Part shown: positions 37,660-48,027 of the stretch, in pieces
How positions within the stretch are numbered: the first letter of the stretch is position 1
Layout: every line of letters begins with the position of its first letter
Origin: an uncultured Actinomycetes bacterium
GTDB taxonomy: Bacteria; Actinomycetota; UBA4738; JACQTL01
DNA length: 64,000 nucleotides
Assembly: GCA_963707645.1 (NCBI GenBank)
Contig: CAVPQW010000008.1
Span: 3,547 to 67,546, forward strand
Reading direction: 5' to 3'
Program-made: the position numbers and the translations under genes
Notes under the pieces: model-generated
What the model was told of the DNA's origin: nothing
Seen by the model: only the letters and a program-made list of their open reading frames with translations
The model's database searches: none

Positions 37660-39246
37660 CTACTGATCGACGGCCGGTCGGTGGAGGAGGCCGTAGGCGT
37701 ACGACTCGGTGAGGGCCTCCCACGACGCGTGGATGACGTTGTCGGAGACGCCCACCGTGGTCCATTCGTTCGAACCGTCGCTCGTCTCGATCAGCACGCG
37801 GACGACCGCCTGGGTGCCCTTGGCTCCATCCAGCACGCGGACCCGGTAGTCGGTCAGGTGCATGTCGTCGAGCTCCGGGTAGGCGTTGGCGAGTGCGGTC
37901 CGCAGCGCGTTGTCGAGGGCCCCGACCGGGCCGGCGCCCTCCGCCGTCGCGATGTGTCGGTCGCCGTTGGTCCGGACCTTGACCGTGGCCTCGGCGGGCT
38001 CGACCTCGCCCCGGCGTTCCTCCACCGAGACGCGGAACGATTCGACCTCGAAGAAGTCGTGCTCCCAGCCGGCGGAACGTCGGAGCAGCAGCTCCAACGA
38101 CGCGTCGGCGGCCTCGTACGCGTAGCCGGCCGCCTCGCGCTCCTTGACGCCGGTGAGCGCCGCGGAGGCGGCGGAGGCCTCCAGGGGTACACGGAGCTCC
38201 GCCGCCTTCCGCAGCAGATTCGCCCGACCGGCGAGGTCGGAGACCAGCACGTGGCTGGCGTTCCCGACCGAGTCCGGCGGGACGTGCTCGTAGGCGTCCG
38301 AGCGCCGGGCCAGCGCGCTCGCGTGCAGGCCGGCCTTGTGCGCGAAGGCGCTCCGGCCGACGTACGGCTGGTGCGGGTCCGGCGGGAGGTTGGCGATCTC
38401 GGCGACGAGGTGGGCGATCTCGGTCAGGCGCTCGACGCCGCCCTCCGGCAGGACGTCGAGTCCGAGCTTCAGCGCGAGGTTCGCCGCGATCGCGACGAGG
38501 TCCGCGTTCCCGCAGCGCTCGCCGTAGCCGTTCACGGTTCCCTGGATGTGGAACGCGTCCGCATCGGCCGCCGCCGACACGCTGCTCGCCACCGCGCTCG
38601 CGGCGTCGTTGTGGAAGTGCACCCCGAGCGGCGTCGCGACCTGTTCGGCGACCTCGCCCACGACGCGCACAGCCTCGCCGGTGAGGGTTCCGCCGTTGGT
38701 GTCGCAGAGCACGAGCCGGGATGCGCCCGCCTCCTCGGCGGTCCGAACGACCTGCAGCGCGTACGTCGGATCCTCGGCGAACCCGTCGAAGAAGTGCTCC
38801 GCGTCGAAGAACACGCGCCGGCCCTCATGGACGAAGAACGCCACGCTGTCGGCGATCATCCGGAGGTTCTCCTCGGGCGTCGTCTCGAGCGTGAGCGTCA
38901 CGTGGAGCGGGCTCGACTTCCCGACCAGGCAGACGACGCTCGTCTGCGCGTCGAGCAGCTCGCGCAGGACCGCGCTCTTGTCGGCACGTTCGCCGGCCTT
39001 CCTCGTCATGCCGAACGCGGTCAGCGTGGTGCGTTCCAGCCTCAGCTGCGAGGCGAGCCGGAAGAACTCCGTGTCGCGCGGATTGGCGCCCGGCCAGCCG
39101 CCCTCGACGAACGGAACCCCCAGGGAATCCAGCGCGTGCAGGATCTTCAGCTTGTCCTCGACCGAGAACTGGAGGCCGGCCCGCTGCGCGCCATCCCGGA
39201 GGGTGGTGTCGTACAGCTCGACCTGGGGCGCCCACGCGTCACGCAT
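37660..39246 (-). CDS. cimA: (R)-citramalate synthase
   Basis: ORF 37660..39264. ATG 39246 overlaps the leuB stop by 8 nt. ELYDTTLRDGAQRAGLQFSVEDKLKI...HFHNDAASAVA... plus a C-terminal LeuA-dimer-like regulatory domain. About 530 aa, as for CimA. Confidence 0.8.
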   Translation of the reverse strand: MRDAWAPQVELYDTTLRDGAQRAGLQFSVEDKLKILHALDSLGVPFVEGGWPGANPRDTEFFRLASQLRLERTTLTAFGMTRKAGERADKSAVLRELLDAQTSVVCLVGKSSPLHVTLTLETTPEENLRMIADSVAFFVHEGRRVFFDAEHFFDGFAEDPTYALQVVRTAEEAGASRLVLCDTNGGTLTGEAVRVVGEVAEQVATPLGVHFHNDAASAVASSVSAAADADAFHIQGTVNGYGERCGNADLVAIAANLALKLGLDVLPEGGVERLTEIAHLVAEIANLPPDPHQPYVGRSAFAHKAGLHASALARRSDAYEHVPPDSVGNASHVLVSDLAGRANLLRKAAELRVPLEASAASAALTGVKEREAAGYAYEAADASLELLLRRSAGWEHDFFEVESFRVSVEERRGEVEPAEATVKVRTNGDRHIATAEGAGPVGALDNALRTALANAYPELDDMHLTDYRVRVLDGAKGTQAVVRVLIETSDGSNEWTTVGVSDNVIHASWEALTESYAYGLLHRPAVDQ

Positions 39247-40306
39247 TGGAGGCCGCCTCCGCAATCATGTCGCCGACCTCCGAGGTCGTGAACCCCATCT
39301 CGGCGGCCCGCATCGAGCGCATCTTGGGGGCGACCGCGCGGATGCCGGCGTCGACGCGAAGCGCCGCCGCCGGCTGCCCCAGTGCCTCGAGCATCAACCC
39401 GCTCGCCGCGATCGCGGCGATCGGGTTGATCGTCCCCCGCCCGGTGTGGTCGGGAGCCGTTCCGCCGATGGGCTCGAACATCGACACGCCGCCGTCGTCC
39501 GGGTTGAGATTGCCGCCCGCGGCGACGCCCATCCCGCCCTGGATGGTCGCCGCGAGGTCGGTGAGGATGTCGCCGAACATGTTGTCGGTGACGATCACGT
39601 CGAACCGGCCCGGGTCCTCGACCAGGTAGATACAAGCGGCGTCGACGTGGCAGTAGGCCGTCGTCACCGCATCGTGCGAAGCAGCCATCTCCTCGAACGC
39701 CCGGCCCCACAGGTTCCCCGCGTAGTTCAGGACGTTCGTCTTGTGGACGAGCGTGACGTGCCCCCGCCGCCCGGCCGACGCCGCGAGATCGAACGCGAAC
39801 CGCAGGCAGCGGTCCACGCCCCCTCTCGTGTTGATGCTCTCCTGAACCGCCACCTCCTCCCCGGTCCCGCGCCGGTGGAAGCCTCCGGCGCCCGCGTACA
39901 GGCCCTCGGAGTTCTCGCGGACGAACACCATGTCGATCTCCGCCGGGTCGACCGCCGCGAGCGGCAGCGTCACGCCCGGGTAGGGGCGCACCGGCCGGAG
40001 GTTCACGTACTGGTCGAGCTCGAAGCGGATCCGGAGCAGCAGGTCGCGTTCCAGCACGCCCGGCGGAACCCGCGGGTCGCCGACCGCGCCCAGATACAGC
40101 GCGTCGAGCCCGCGGAACTCTTCCAGCACGGAGTCGGGCAGCGTCTCGCCGGTCCGCAGCCAACGGTCGCCGCCGAGGTCGTACTCGACGGGCTCCAGCG
40201 TGAATCCCTCCACGGTGGCCACCGCGTCGAGCACCTTGCGCCCTTCGCGCACGACCTCGGGACCGGTGCCGTCGCCCGGGATCACACCGATCCGGTAGGT
40301 CGTCAC
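39239..40306 (-). CDS. leuB: 3-isopropylmalate dehydrogenase
   Basis: ORF 39239..40396, probable start GTG 40306. YRIGVIPGDGTGPEVV...YLGAVGDP...NLRPVR...VRENSEGLY...DNMFGDILTDL. Confidence 0.9.
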   Translation of the reverse strand: MTTYRIGVIPGDGTGPEVVREGRKVLDAVATVEGFTLEPVEYDLGGDRWLRTGETLPDSVLEEFRGLDALYLGAVGDPRVPPGVLERDLLLRIRFELDQYVNLRPVRPYPGVTLPLAAVDPAEIDMVFVRENSEGLYAGAGGFHRRGTGEEVAVQESINTRGGVDRCLRFAFDLAASAGRRGHVTLVHKTNVLNYAGNLWGRAFEEMAASHDAVTTAYCHVDAACIYLVEDPGRFDVIVTDNMFGDILTDLAATIQGGMGVAAGGNLNPDDGGVSMFEPIGGTAPDHTGRGTINPIAAIAASGLMLEALGQPAAALRVDAGIRAVAPKMRSMRAAEMGFTTSEVGDMIAEAASNA

Positions 40307-40343
40307 TGGTGGCCCCCCCGGAAACGCGTCATCGGCCCGCCCT

Positions 40344-40916
40344 TCAGTCCAGCCGCCAGTCGGCCTGTGGCGGTTCGTTGGCGGCAACGCCGGCATGGAC
40401 CGGCTGGGCAGCAGCCTCTTCCTTCAGCGAGCGCGCCACCCACGGCATCAGCCCGCCGGCGTCGAGGATGTCCCGCATGAACGGCGGCAGCGGCGTTCCC
40501 CGGAACGTCCTGCCCTTCGTGACGTTCGTGACCTCGCCGGTGTCGATGTCCACCCGGAACACGTCGCCCGACTCGGCGCCCTCGGTGACGCCCGGGCATT
40601 CCATGATCGGAAGGCCGACGTTCACGGAGTTCCGGAAGAAGATCCGGGCGAACGACTCGGCCACGATGCACGCGACGCCGCTCGCGGAGATCGAAATCGG
40701 CGCGTGCTCCCGGGAGGAGCCGCTGCCGAAGTTCTTCCCGCCGACCATGAGGTCGCCCGGCGCGCACATCGACACGAACGAGGGGTCGAGATCCTCCATG
40801 CAGTGCTGCGCGAGCTCGGCCGGGTCGATCGTCGTCAGGTACCGCGCGGGGATGATCACGTCCGTGTCGACGTTGTCGCCGTAGACGAAGGCCTTCGCCT
40901 CGAACACGGTCTGCAT
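40344..40916 (-). CDS. leuD: 3-isopropylmalate dehydratase small subunit (short type)
   Basis: Tail of ORF 40344..41765. ATG 40916 overlaps the leuC TGA (ATGA). YGDNVDTDVIIPARYL...GKNFGSGSSREHAP. Confidence 0.9.
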   Translation of the reverse strand: MQTVFEAKAFVYGDNVDTDVIIPARYLTTIDPAELAQHCMEDLDPSFVSMCAPGDLMVGGKNFGSGSSREHAPISISASGVACIVAESFARIFFRNSVNVGLPIMECPGVTEGAESGDVFRVDIDTGEVTNVTKGRTFRGTPLPPFMRDILDAGGLMPWVARSLKEEAAAQPVHAGVAANEPPQADWRLD

Positions 40917-42283
40917 CAGACGCCCCCTCCGGACGCGGCGCCGACCGGCTCGCCGTAGGACGCGCCGATCCCGGTGATGTAGTCGTCCGCCGGCGGTTCC
41001 ACGCCGATCTCGTCCGGGTGCGCCAGGCGGCCCATGATCGCCGTCGCCGCGGCGACGGCGGGGTTCGTCAGGTAGACCTTGGCGTCCTTGTGGCCCATGC
41101 GCCCGACGTAGTTGCGGTTCGAGGTCGACACGCAGACCTCGTCCGGGCCGAGCACGCCCATGTGCCCTCCCAGGCACGCACCGCACGTCGGCGTCGACAC
41201 CGTGGCGCCCGCCGAGCCGAACACCTCGAGCAGCCCCTCGCGGTTGGCCTGCAGCCAGATCTCCTGCGTGGCCGGGATGACCATCAGGCGAACGCGCGGG
41301 TCGGCCTTGCGCCCGCGCAGGATGTGGGCGGCCATCCGGAGGTCCTCGAGCTTGGCATTCGTGCAGGACCCGATGAACACCTGATCGACGGCGACGCGCT
41401 CGGCCGCAGAGACGGGCTCCGCTTTCGACGGTAGGGAGGGGAGCGAGACCTGCGGCTCGAGCGCGTCGACGTCGACGCTGTGGGTTGCTTCGTACTGTGC
41501 GTCGGGGTCGCTCGTCGGAACTTCGAAGTCCCGGACGCGCCCCGTGACGCGCTGGCGCTCGCGAACGTACGCGAGGGTGACCTCGTCGGGCGCGACGATG
41601 CCCGACTTGGCGCCGGCCTCGATGGCCATGTTCGTCAGCGTGAAGCGGGAGTCCATCGACAGATGTTCCAGCGCCGGGCCCGTGTGTTCCATGGCCTGGT
41701 ACGCGCACCCGTCGTCGCCGACCAGCGCGATCACGCTGAGGATGAGGTCCTTCCCGACGACCCACGGCCCGGGAACGCCCTCGTAGACGAATCGCACGCT
41801 CTCCGGAACGCGCAGCCAGATGCGGCCGGTGGCGAGCACCGCGGCGAGATCGGTCGACCCGACGCCGGTGCTGAACGCCCCGAGTGCTCCGTACGTACAG
41901 GAGTGCGAGTCGGCCCCGATGATCACCATGCCGGGCAGGGCGAGCGCCTGTTCGGGGAGCAGGATGTGCTCGATCCCGCCCCGGCCGAGCTCGAAGAAGT
42001 GCTCGATGCCCTGCTGCCGGGCGAACTCCCGCATCGTCATGCCGAGCTTGGCGCTCGCGATGTCCTTGGCAGGGACGAAGTGCGACGGGACCAGCGCGAC
42101 CTTCGAGGGGTCCCAGACGTTCTCGATTCCCAGCTCCCGGAATCGGGCGATCGCGACCGGCGCCGTGACGTCGTTCCCCATGGCGAGGTCGACGTCGGCC
42201 ATGATCAGGTCGCCGGGCGCCACCTCGGCCCGGCCGGACGCCCTCGCCAGGATCTTCTCGGTGATGGTCATCGGGCGGGTCAT
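40916..42283 (-). CDS. leuC: 3-isopropylmalate dehydratase large subunit (about 455 aa type)
   Basis: 455 aa. MTITEKILARASG...GADSHSCTYGALGAF...IGSCTNAKLEDL...TCGACLGG...SNRNYVGRMG (aconitase-family Fe-S ligands). Confidence 0.9.
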   Translation of the reverse strand: MTRPMTITEKILARASGRAEVAPGDLIMADVDLAMGNDVTAPVAIARFRELGIENVWDPSKVALVPSHFVPAKDIASAKLGMTMREFARQQGIEHFFELGRGGIEHILLPEQALALPGMVIIGADSHSCTYGALGAFSTGVGSTDLAAVLATGRIWLRVPESVRFVYEGVPGPWVVGKDLILSVIALVGDDGCAYQAMEHTGPALEHLSMDSRFTLTNMAIEAGAKSGIVAPDEVTLAYVRERQRVTGRVRDFEVPTSDPDAQYEATHSVDVDALEPQVSLPSLPSKAEPVSAAERVAVDQVFIGSCTNAKLEDLRMAAHILRGRKADPRVRLMVIPATQEIWLQANREGLLEVFGSAGATVSTPTCGACLGGHMGVLGPDEVCVSTSNRNYVGRMGHKDAKVYLTNPAVAAATAIMGRLAHPDEIGVEPPADDYITGIGASYGEPVGAASGGGV

Positions 42284-43882
42284 TCGGCAGAACCTCCGTC
42301 CGAGGTGGCCGTCACCTGAGGCTCGGCACCCTCGCCGCTCGAACCGCTGCCGCCGTTGCCGCCGTGGGTCACGCGCACGGAGCGGTTCACCGCGGCCAGA
42401 TACGCACGGGCGCTCGCCTCGACCACGTCCGATGCCACGCCGCGCCCGGTGAACAGCCGCCCGCCGACGTCGAGCTGCACGACCACGTCACCGAGCGCGT
42501 CGCTGCCCGCCGGTCACGGCCGAGACGTTGTAGGCGTGGAGCCGGGCCTCGACCCCGCTGGCCCGCGTGATCGCCCCGTATGCGGCGTCGATCATGCCGT
42601 CGCCCATCGCGGAGTCCTCGACCATGTCGGAGCCGTCCCGCTCCAGGCGAACCGTCGCCGTCGGGGAGAGGTGCGTTCCACCCGCCACCGCGAGCGAGAT
42701 CAGCGTGAACGCGTCCGACTCGGCCGACCCGAGCTCCTCGGACACGATGGCCTCGAGGTCGGCGTCGGTGAGCGCCATCTTCCGGTCGGCCAGCTCCTTG
42801 AACCGGACGAACGCCCGGTTCAGCGCCTCGGGCTCGAGCTGCAGGCCGAGCTTGGCGACCGCGTCGGCGAACGCGTGCCGCCCGGAGTGCTTGCCGAGGA
42901 CGATCTTCGAGCCCTCGAATCCGACCTCGACCGGGTCCATGATCTCGTAGGTCGCCCGGTTCATGAGCACCCCGTGCTGGTGGATCCCCGACTCGTGGGC
43001 GAACGCGTTCGCCCCGACCACGGCCTTGTTCGGCTGGACCGGGTACCCGGTCACCATCGACACCAGCCGCGACGTCCGGGCGATCTCCTTCACGTTGAGC
43101 CGGTGCTGCAGCCCGAGGGCCTGGCCGCGCGTGGAGACGATCATCGCCATCTCCTCGAGGGAGCAGTTCCCGGCCCGCTCTCCGATGCCGTTCACGGCGA
43201 CCTCCACCTGGCGCGCGCCGTTCATGACCCCCGCCAGCGAGTTCGCCACCGCCAGGCCGAGGTCGTTGTGGCAGTGCGTCGAGATCACGACGTGGTCGGG
43301 CATCGCCTCGCGGGTCACCCGGACCAGCTCGCCGAACTCCGCCGGGGTGGCGTACCCCACCGTGTCCGGGACGTTGATCGTCGTGGCGCCCTCCTCGACG
43401 GCCACCCGGAACGTCTCGAGCATGAACTCGGGGTCCGTGCGGGTGGCGTCCTGCGCGGAGAACTCGACGTCGTCGGTGTACGAACGGGCCCGCCGGACGC
43501 TCTTCCGCGTGGCCTCGACCACGTCGGCCTGCGACATCCGCAGCATCGAGTCCAGATGGACCTGCGACGTCGAGATGAACACGTGCAGCCGGGCCTGTTG
43601 CGCGTCGCGGATGGCCTCCCACGCCCGGTCGATGTCGTCGTCGCCGGCCCGGCACAGCGCGGCGATCGCCGAGCCCTTGACGGTCTCGGCGATCCGCCGG
43701 ACCGCCTCGAACTCGCCCGTGCCCGAGGCCGGGAACCCGGCCTCGATCACGTCCACGCCCAGGCGGGCCAGCTGCTCCGCGATCTCGAGCTTCTCGGCCG
43801 CCGTCAGCGCGATGCCCGGCGCCTGTTCCCCGTCGCGGAGCGTCGTGTCGAAGAACCGTACGTCGTCAGGCACGCGAATCAC
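42280..43882 (-). CDS. leuA: 2-isopropylmalate synthase; one frameshift near 42512
   Basis: ORF 42488..43882 ([14 protein letters not shown]...[16 protein letters not shown]...HESGIHQHG...). The C-terminal regulatory-domain end continues in ORF 42280..42486 ([33 protein letters not shown]). Confidence 0.9.
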
Positions 43883-44980
43883 CGTCCGCGTGCTGCACGG
43901 CCTCGGATGCCTCGGATGCCTCGGATGCTTCGGAGGTGCCGCCGTTGCCGTTCGAGGGCCGCGCGCCCGCCGCGTCGCCCGTCCGGGCCGCCTGGAGCCA
44001 CGGCATCATCGAGCGGAGCTCGGCGCCGACCCTCTCGATCGGGTGGTCCTTGTCGTGACGGCGCATCTGCTGGAAGCGCGGGAAGCCGTCGTCGGCCTCC
44101 TCGATCCACTCCCGCGCGAAGTCGCCGTCCTGGATCTCGCCGAGGATCGCCCGCATCCGGTCGCGGGTCGACGCGTCGATCACCCGCGGCCCCCGCGTGT
44201 AGTCGCCGTACTCGGCCGTGTCGGACACGCTGTAGCGCATCCACCCCAGGCCGCCCTCGTACATGAGGTCGACGATGAGCTTGAGCTCGTGGAGGCACTC
44301 GAAGTACGCGACCTCGGGCTGGTACCCGGCCTCGACCAGCGTCTCGAACCCGGCCTTGACCAGGGACGTCACGCCGCCGCACAGCACGGCCTGCTCGCCG
44401 AACAGGTCGGTCTCGGTCTCCTCGGCGAACGTCGTCTCGATCACGCCGGCGCGCCCGCTGCCGATCCCGGCCGCGTAGGCCAGGACGCGCTCGCGCGCGG
44501 TTCCGGTCGCGTCGCGGTGCACGGCGAACAACGACGGCGTCCCGATGCCCTCGGTGTAGGTCCGGCGCACGCAGGTGGCCGGGCGCCTTCGGCGCGACCA
44601 TGCCGACGTCGACTCCCTCCGGCGGCGTCGATCCGCCCGAAGTGCACGTTGAACCCATGCGCGAACATCAGCAGGTTCCCGGGCTGCAGGCCGGGCTCGA
44701 CGTCGGCCGCGTAGGACGCCGCCTGCGCCGTGTCGGGGAGCAGGATCATCACGACGTCGGCCTCGGCGGCCGCTTCCGCCGGCGTCGTGACCGTGAGCCC
44801 GTCCTCTTCGGCCTTGGGCCAGGACTTCGAGTCGCGCCGCAGCCCGACCCGGACGTCGTGGCCGGAGTCGCGAAGGTTGAGCGCGTGCGCGTGGCCCTGG
44901 CTCCCGTATCCCAGCACCGCGATGCGCGCGCCCTGCAGCGCACCGGGGTCGATGTCCGCGTCGTACAGCACCTTGCTCAT
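43866..44980 (-). CDS. ilvC: Ketol-acid reductoisomerase; two frameshifts (near 44632 and 44572) and a low-complexity C-terminal tail
   Basis: ORFs 44441..44980 ([40 protein letters not shown]), 43879..44658 ([18 protein letters not shown]) and 43866..44570 ([17 protein letters not shown]...[11 protein letters not shown]...) join in order. Confidence 0.9.
43901..43936 (-). repeat. 9-bp coding tandem repeat (3 perfect + 1 degenerate units; [12 protein letters not shown])
   Basis: On the plus strand cctcggatg occurs three times, then cttcggagg. It lies in the ilvC tail, near the ilvC/leuA overlap (43866-43882). Confidence 0.8.
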
Positions 44981-44992
44981 CGCTTCAGCTCC

Positions 44993-45539
44993 TCACGCGC
45001 CTGCGTTGGCCTTCGCTCCGGCGCCGTTCACGCGCCGCAGCCGCCGTTCCGAGATGGAGGTCGAACCGCGCCCGAGCGCGATCCGGCCGGTGCGGGCGAG
45101 CTCGACGATCCCGTGGGTCTCGAGGAGCGTGAGCAGCGCCTCGATCTTGTCCGGCGCCCCGGTCGCCTCGATCGTCAGCGTCGTCTCGCTCACGTCGACG
45201 ATCCGGGCCCGGAAGATGTCCGCGATCTCGGTGACCGCGGCGCGCTCCCCGGCTGGGGCTGTGACCTTGACCAGCGCGAGCTCGCGCTCCACGGCGGCGG
45301 CCTGCTCCAGCTCCACGACCTTGAGGACGTGGATGAGCTTCTGGAGTTGCTTCTCGACCTGCTCGAGCGGCTTGCGCTGAACGTCGACCACGATCGTCAT
45401 GCGCGACCGGCCCGGCTGTTCGGTCGTCCCGACGGCGAGCGAGTGGATGTTGAACCCGCGCCGGGCGAACAGGTTGGCCACGCGGGCCAGCACGCCCGGC
45501 CGGTCCTCGACCAGCACGGAGATCGTGTGCTGGCTCATG
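44993..45539 (-). CDS. ilvN: Acetolactate synthase small (regulatory) subunit
   Basis: ATG 45539 inside ORF 44993..45844. MSQHTISVLVEDRPGVLARVANLFARRGFNIHSLAVG (ACT domain). Confidence 0.9.
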
Positions 45540-45626
45540 TCGCGCTCCCGTTCCGCTCCCGTTGGGTGGAGCGGCGGAGGCCCCGGCGCACGTCCGCACA
45601 CCAGGAGGGGGGTTGTCTCCGTTCGT

Positions 45627-47384
45627 TCATGCGATCGGAGCCTCCGCCGGATCGAGGGCCGGTTCTGCGAACTCCGGCCCGAGGATGATGTCGTCGTTGG
45701 AACCGCCGGCCGGGACCATGGGGAACACCATCTCCCGCTGGTCGCACCGGAAGTCGATGACCACGCTGCGGTCGGTGACGGACAGCGCCTTGTCGAGCAC
45801 CGCGTCGACGTCCTGCGGCGTCTCGGCGCGGAGGCCGATCGCACCGTACGCCTCGGCGAGTCGCACGTAGTCGGGCACGTCCTGCGTCAGCTGCACGCCC
45901 GAATAGCGCTCGTTGTAGAAGAGCTCCTGCCACTGCCGGACCATGCCCAGGTGGCCGTTGTTCACGATGGCCACGACGATCGGGATGTTCTCCGTGGTCG
46001 CGGTGGCCAGCTCCTGCGAGGTCATCTGGAAGCACCCGTCCCCGTCGACGGCCACCACGCGCTGGTCGGGACGGCCGACCTTGGCGCCGAGCGCCGCCGG
46101 CACCGCGAACCCCATGGTCCCGAGGCCGCCGGAGTTGATCCACTGCCGGGGCCGGCGGAACCGGTAGAACTGCGACGCCCACATCTGGTGCTGGCCGACC
46201 CCGCTCACGATCGTCGCGTCGCCCTCGGTCGCCGCGTGGATCCGCTCGATGACGTACTGCGGCTTGATCGGGCCTGCGTCGTCCTGCTGGTAGCGGTAGG
46301 GGAAGCCGCGCTTCCACTCGTCGAGCGTGTCCAGCCACACGCTGCGGTCGGGCGCTCCGCCGGCGGCGATCGCCTTGGCCAGCTCGGCAGCGAGCGACGC
46401 CGTCACGTCGGCCGCGTCGCCCACGATCGGGACGTCCGCCTTGCGGTTCTTGCCGATCTCGGCCGGATCGATGTCGACGTGGACGACCTTGGCGTCCGGC
46501 GCGAACGTGGCCAGGTTGCCGGTCACCCGGTCGTCGAACCGCGCGCCGATCGAGATCAGCAGGTCGCACCGCTGCATGGCCGTGACGGCCGTGTAGTTCC
46601 CGTGCATTCCGGGCATGCCGAGCGCGAGCTCGTGATCGTCGGGGAACGCCCCCCGCGCCATCAGGGTGGTCACGACCGGCAGGCGGCCGGCCTCGGCGAG
46701 CGTGCGGAGGTGGTCGGACGCGTTCGCGCGGATCACTCCGCCGCCCACGTACAGCACCGGGCGCTCGGCGGCCATGATCAGCTTCACCGCCTCCCGGACC
46801 TGGCGGATGTTCCCCTTCGTCGTCGGCTTGTAGCCGGGGAGGTCCACCCGGTCGGGGTACTCGAACGGCGCCGTGTTGATCAGGACGTCCTTCGGGACGT
46901 CGACGAGCACCGGCCCGGGACGTCCGGTCGTCGCGATGTGGAACGCCTCCGCAACGGCCTCCGGGATGTCCTCGGTGCGCGTGACCAGGCGGTTGTGCTT
47001 CGTGACCGACATCGTGACGCCCGTGATGTCGGCCTCCTGGAACGCGTCGTTGCCGATGACGCCGGTGGGGACCTGCCCGGTGATCGCGACCACCGGGATC
47101 GAGTCCATGAGCGCGTCGGCGAGCGCGGTTACCAGGTTGCAGCCCCCCGGCCCGCTCGTCGCGAAGCACACTCCGGCCTTGCCCGTCGCGTGCGCGTACC
47201 CCTCCGCCGCATGCCCTGCGCCCTGCTCGTGCCGCATGAGCACGTGCCGTACCGACGACTCGATCAGCGGATCGTAGGCGGGCAGGATGGCGCCGCCCGG
47301 GATGCCGAACACCACCTCGGTGCCCGCGAGCTCGAGCGATCGGATCAGCGCCTGGGCGCCGGTGGGCCGCGACGGGAAGGTCAT
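45627..47384 (-). CDS. ilvB: Acetolactate synthase large subunit
   Basis: Last 585 codons of ORF 45627..50252. ATG 47384 overlaps the upstream ORF stop (ATGA). [27 protein letters not shown]...GPGGCNLVT...[15 protein letters not shown]...DGDGCFQM (ThDP motif). Confidence 0.95.
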   Translation of the reverse strand: MTFPSRPTGAQALIRSLELAGTEVVFGIPGGAILPAYDPLIESSVRHVLMRHEQGAGHAAEGYAHATGKAGVCFATSGPGGCNLVTALADALMDSIPVVAITGQVPTGVIGNDAFQEADITGVTMSVTKHNRLVTRTEDIPEAVAEAFHIATTGRPGPVLVDVPKDVLINTAPFEYPDRVDLPGYKPTTKGNIRQVREAVKLIMAAERPVLYVGGGVIRANASDHLRTLAEAGRLPVVTTLMARGAFPDDHELALGMPGMHGNYTAVTAMQRCDLLISIGARFDDRVTGNLATFAPDAKVVHVDIDPAEIGKNRKADVPIVGDAADVTASLAAELAKAIAAGGAPDRSVWLDTLDEWKRGFPYRYQQDDAGPIKPQYVIERIHAATEGDATIVSGVGQHQMWASQFYRFRRPRQWINSGGLGTMGFAVPAALGAKVGRPDQRVVAVDGDGCFQMTSQELATATTENIPIVVAIVNNGHLGMVRQWQELFYNERYSGVQLTQDVPDYVRLAEAYGAIGLRAETPQDVDAVLDKALSVTDRSVVIDFRCDQREMVFPMVPAGGSNDDIILGPEFAEPALDPAEAPIA

Positions 47385-47761
47385 CAGGCGCCTGCCTCCG
47401 GCGACCCCGTCTGCGACGCGAACGCCGCCGTCGGCACGCGGGTGGATCCGGACGTGCCGTTGGCCGAGGTCGCGGGACGGCGCTCGACGTCTTCGGAGGC
47501 CGTCCGCAGGACCTGGTAGCCCATGCGGTGGGCGAGCGCGGTACACGCGCGCTCGAACTCCCACGGCGTCCAGTCGCGGCGCCGGATCTGGAATTCCTCC
47601 TCCTGGCCGAACCCGGTGGCCAGGTACGTGGTCTCGGCCGCGAAGTACTCGGCCAGCTGGCGGCGGGCCGCCGGCTCGTCGACGTGCAGGCTCACCTGGC
47701 CGGGGCCCTCCCACTGGGCGGCGCCGACCGATTTCCCGTCCTTCGTGAACTCGAACCGCAT
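47384..47761 (-). CDS. Hypothetical protein (125 aa) between the ilv leader and ilvB
   Basis: ATG 47761 with GAAGGAGG 7 nt upstream. The stop overlaps the ilv[89 protein letters not shown]... is followed by a Ser/Thr/Ala/Gly-rich tail. No family recognised. Confidence 0.6.
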   Translation of the reverse strand: MRFEFTKDGKSVGAAQWEGPGQVSLHVDEPAARRQLAEYFAAETTYLATGFGQEEEFQIRRRDWTPWEFERACTALAHRMGYQVLRTASEDVERRPATSANGTSGSTRVPTAAFASQTGSPEAGA

Positions 47762-47880
47762 CTCGTTGCCTCCTTCTCGTGCGTCCTGTTGCGCTCTGAT
47801 CGCTTGCCTTGCTGTCGATGGACTCTTGGTGGTTCCGGTGGTTGGGGGGTGAGGGGGCTTCGCGTCCCGGGGATTCCCGG

Positions 47881-47911
47881 AAAACGAAAGACCCCTCGCG
47901 GCTGCGAAGGG
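47881..47911 (-). terminator. ilv attenuator terminator
   Basis: Minus strand: CCCTTCGC-agcc-GCGAGGGG (8 bp including one U-G) followed by TCTTTCGTTTTCC. It lies 43 nt after the leader-peptide stop. Confidence 0.6.
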
Positions 47912-47953
47912 CCTCTGGCGCGGTAACAGGGCGTGTCTGCCCTGGCCCCGCGC

Positions 47954-48016
47954 CTAGGTAATAAGTACGAGGGCGAGAACCGTAGCGAAGCTCGAGCGGT
48001 CTCTGGGCGTCCTCAT
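47954..48016 (-). CDS. ilvB leader peptide (20 aa) rich in Val/Leu/Ile
   Basis: Minus-strand ATG 48016 to TAG 47956-47954: [20 protein letters not shown]. Six of the last eight residues are V, L or I. The start lies 11 nt after the -10 box, so it is near-leaderless. Confidence 0.65.
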   Translation of the reverse strand: MRTPRDRSSFATVLALVLIT

Positions 48017-48027
48017 GTTGGTAGCGG

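Noticed and set aside
38546-44714. Plus-strand ORFs 38546..40480, 42356..44266 and 42963..44714
   Set aside because: Shadows of cimA/leuB and leuA/ilvC, with low-complexity Ser/Arg/Pro/Ala composition and no start context.
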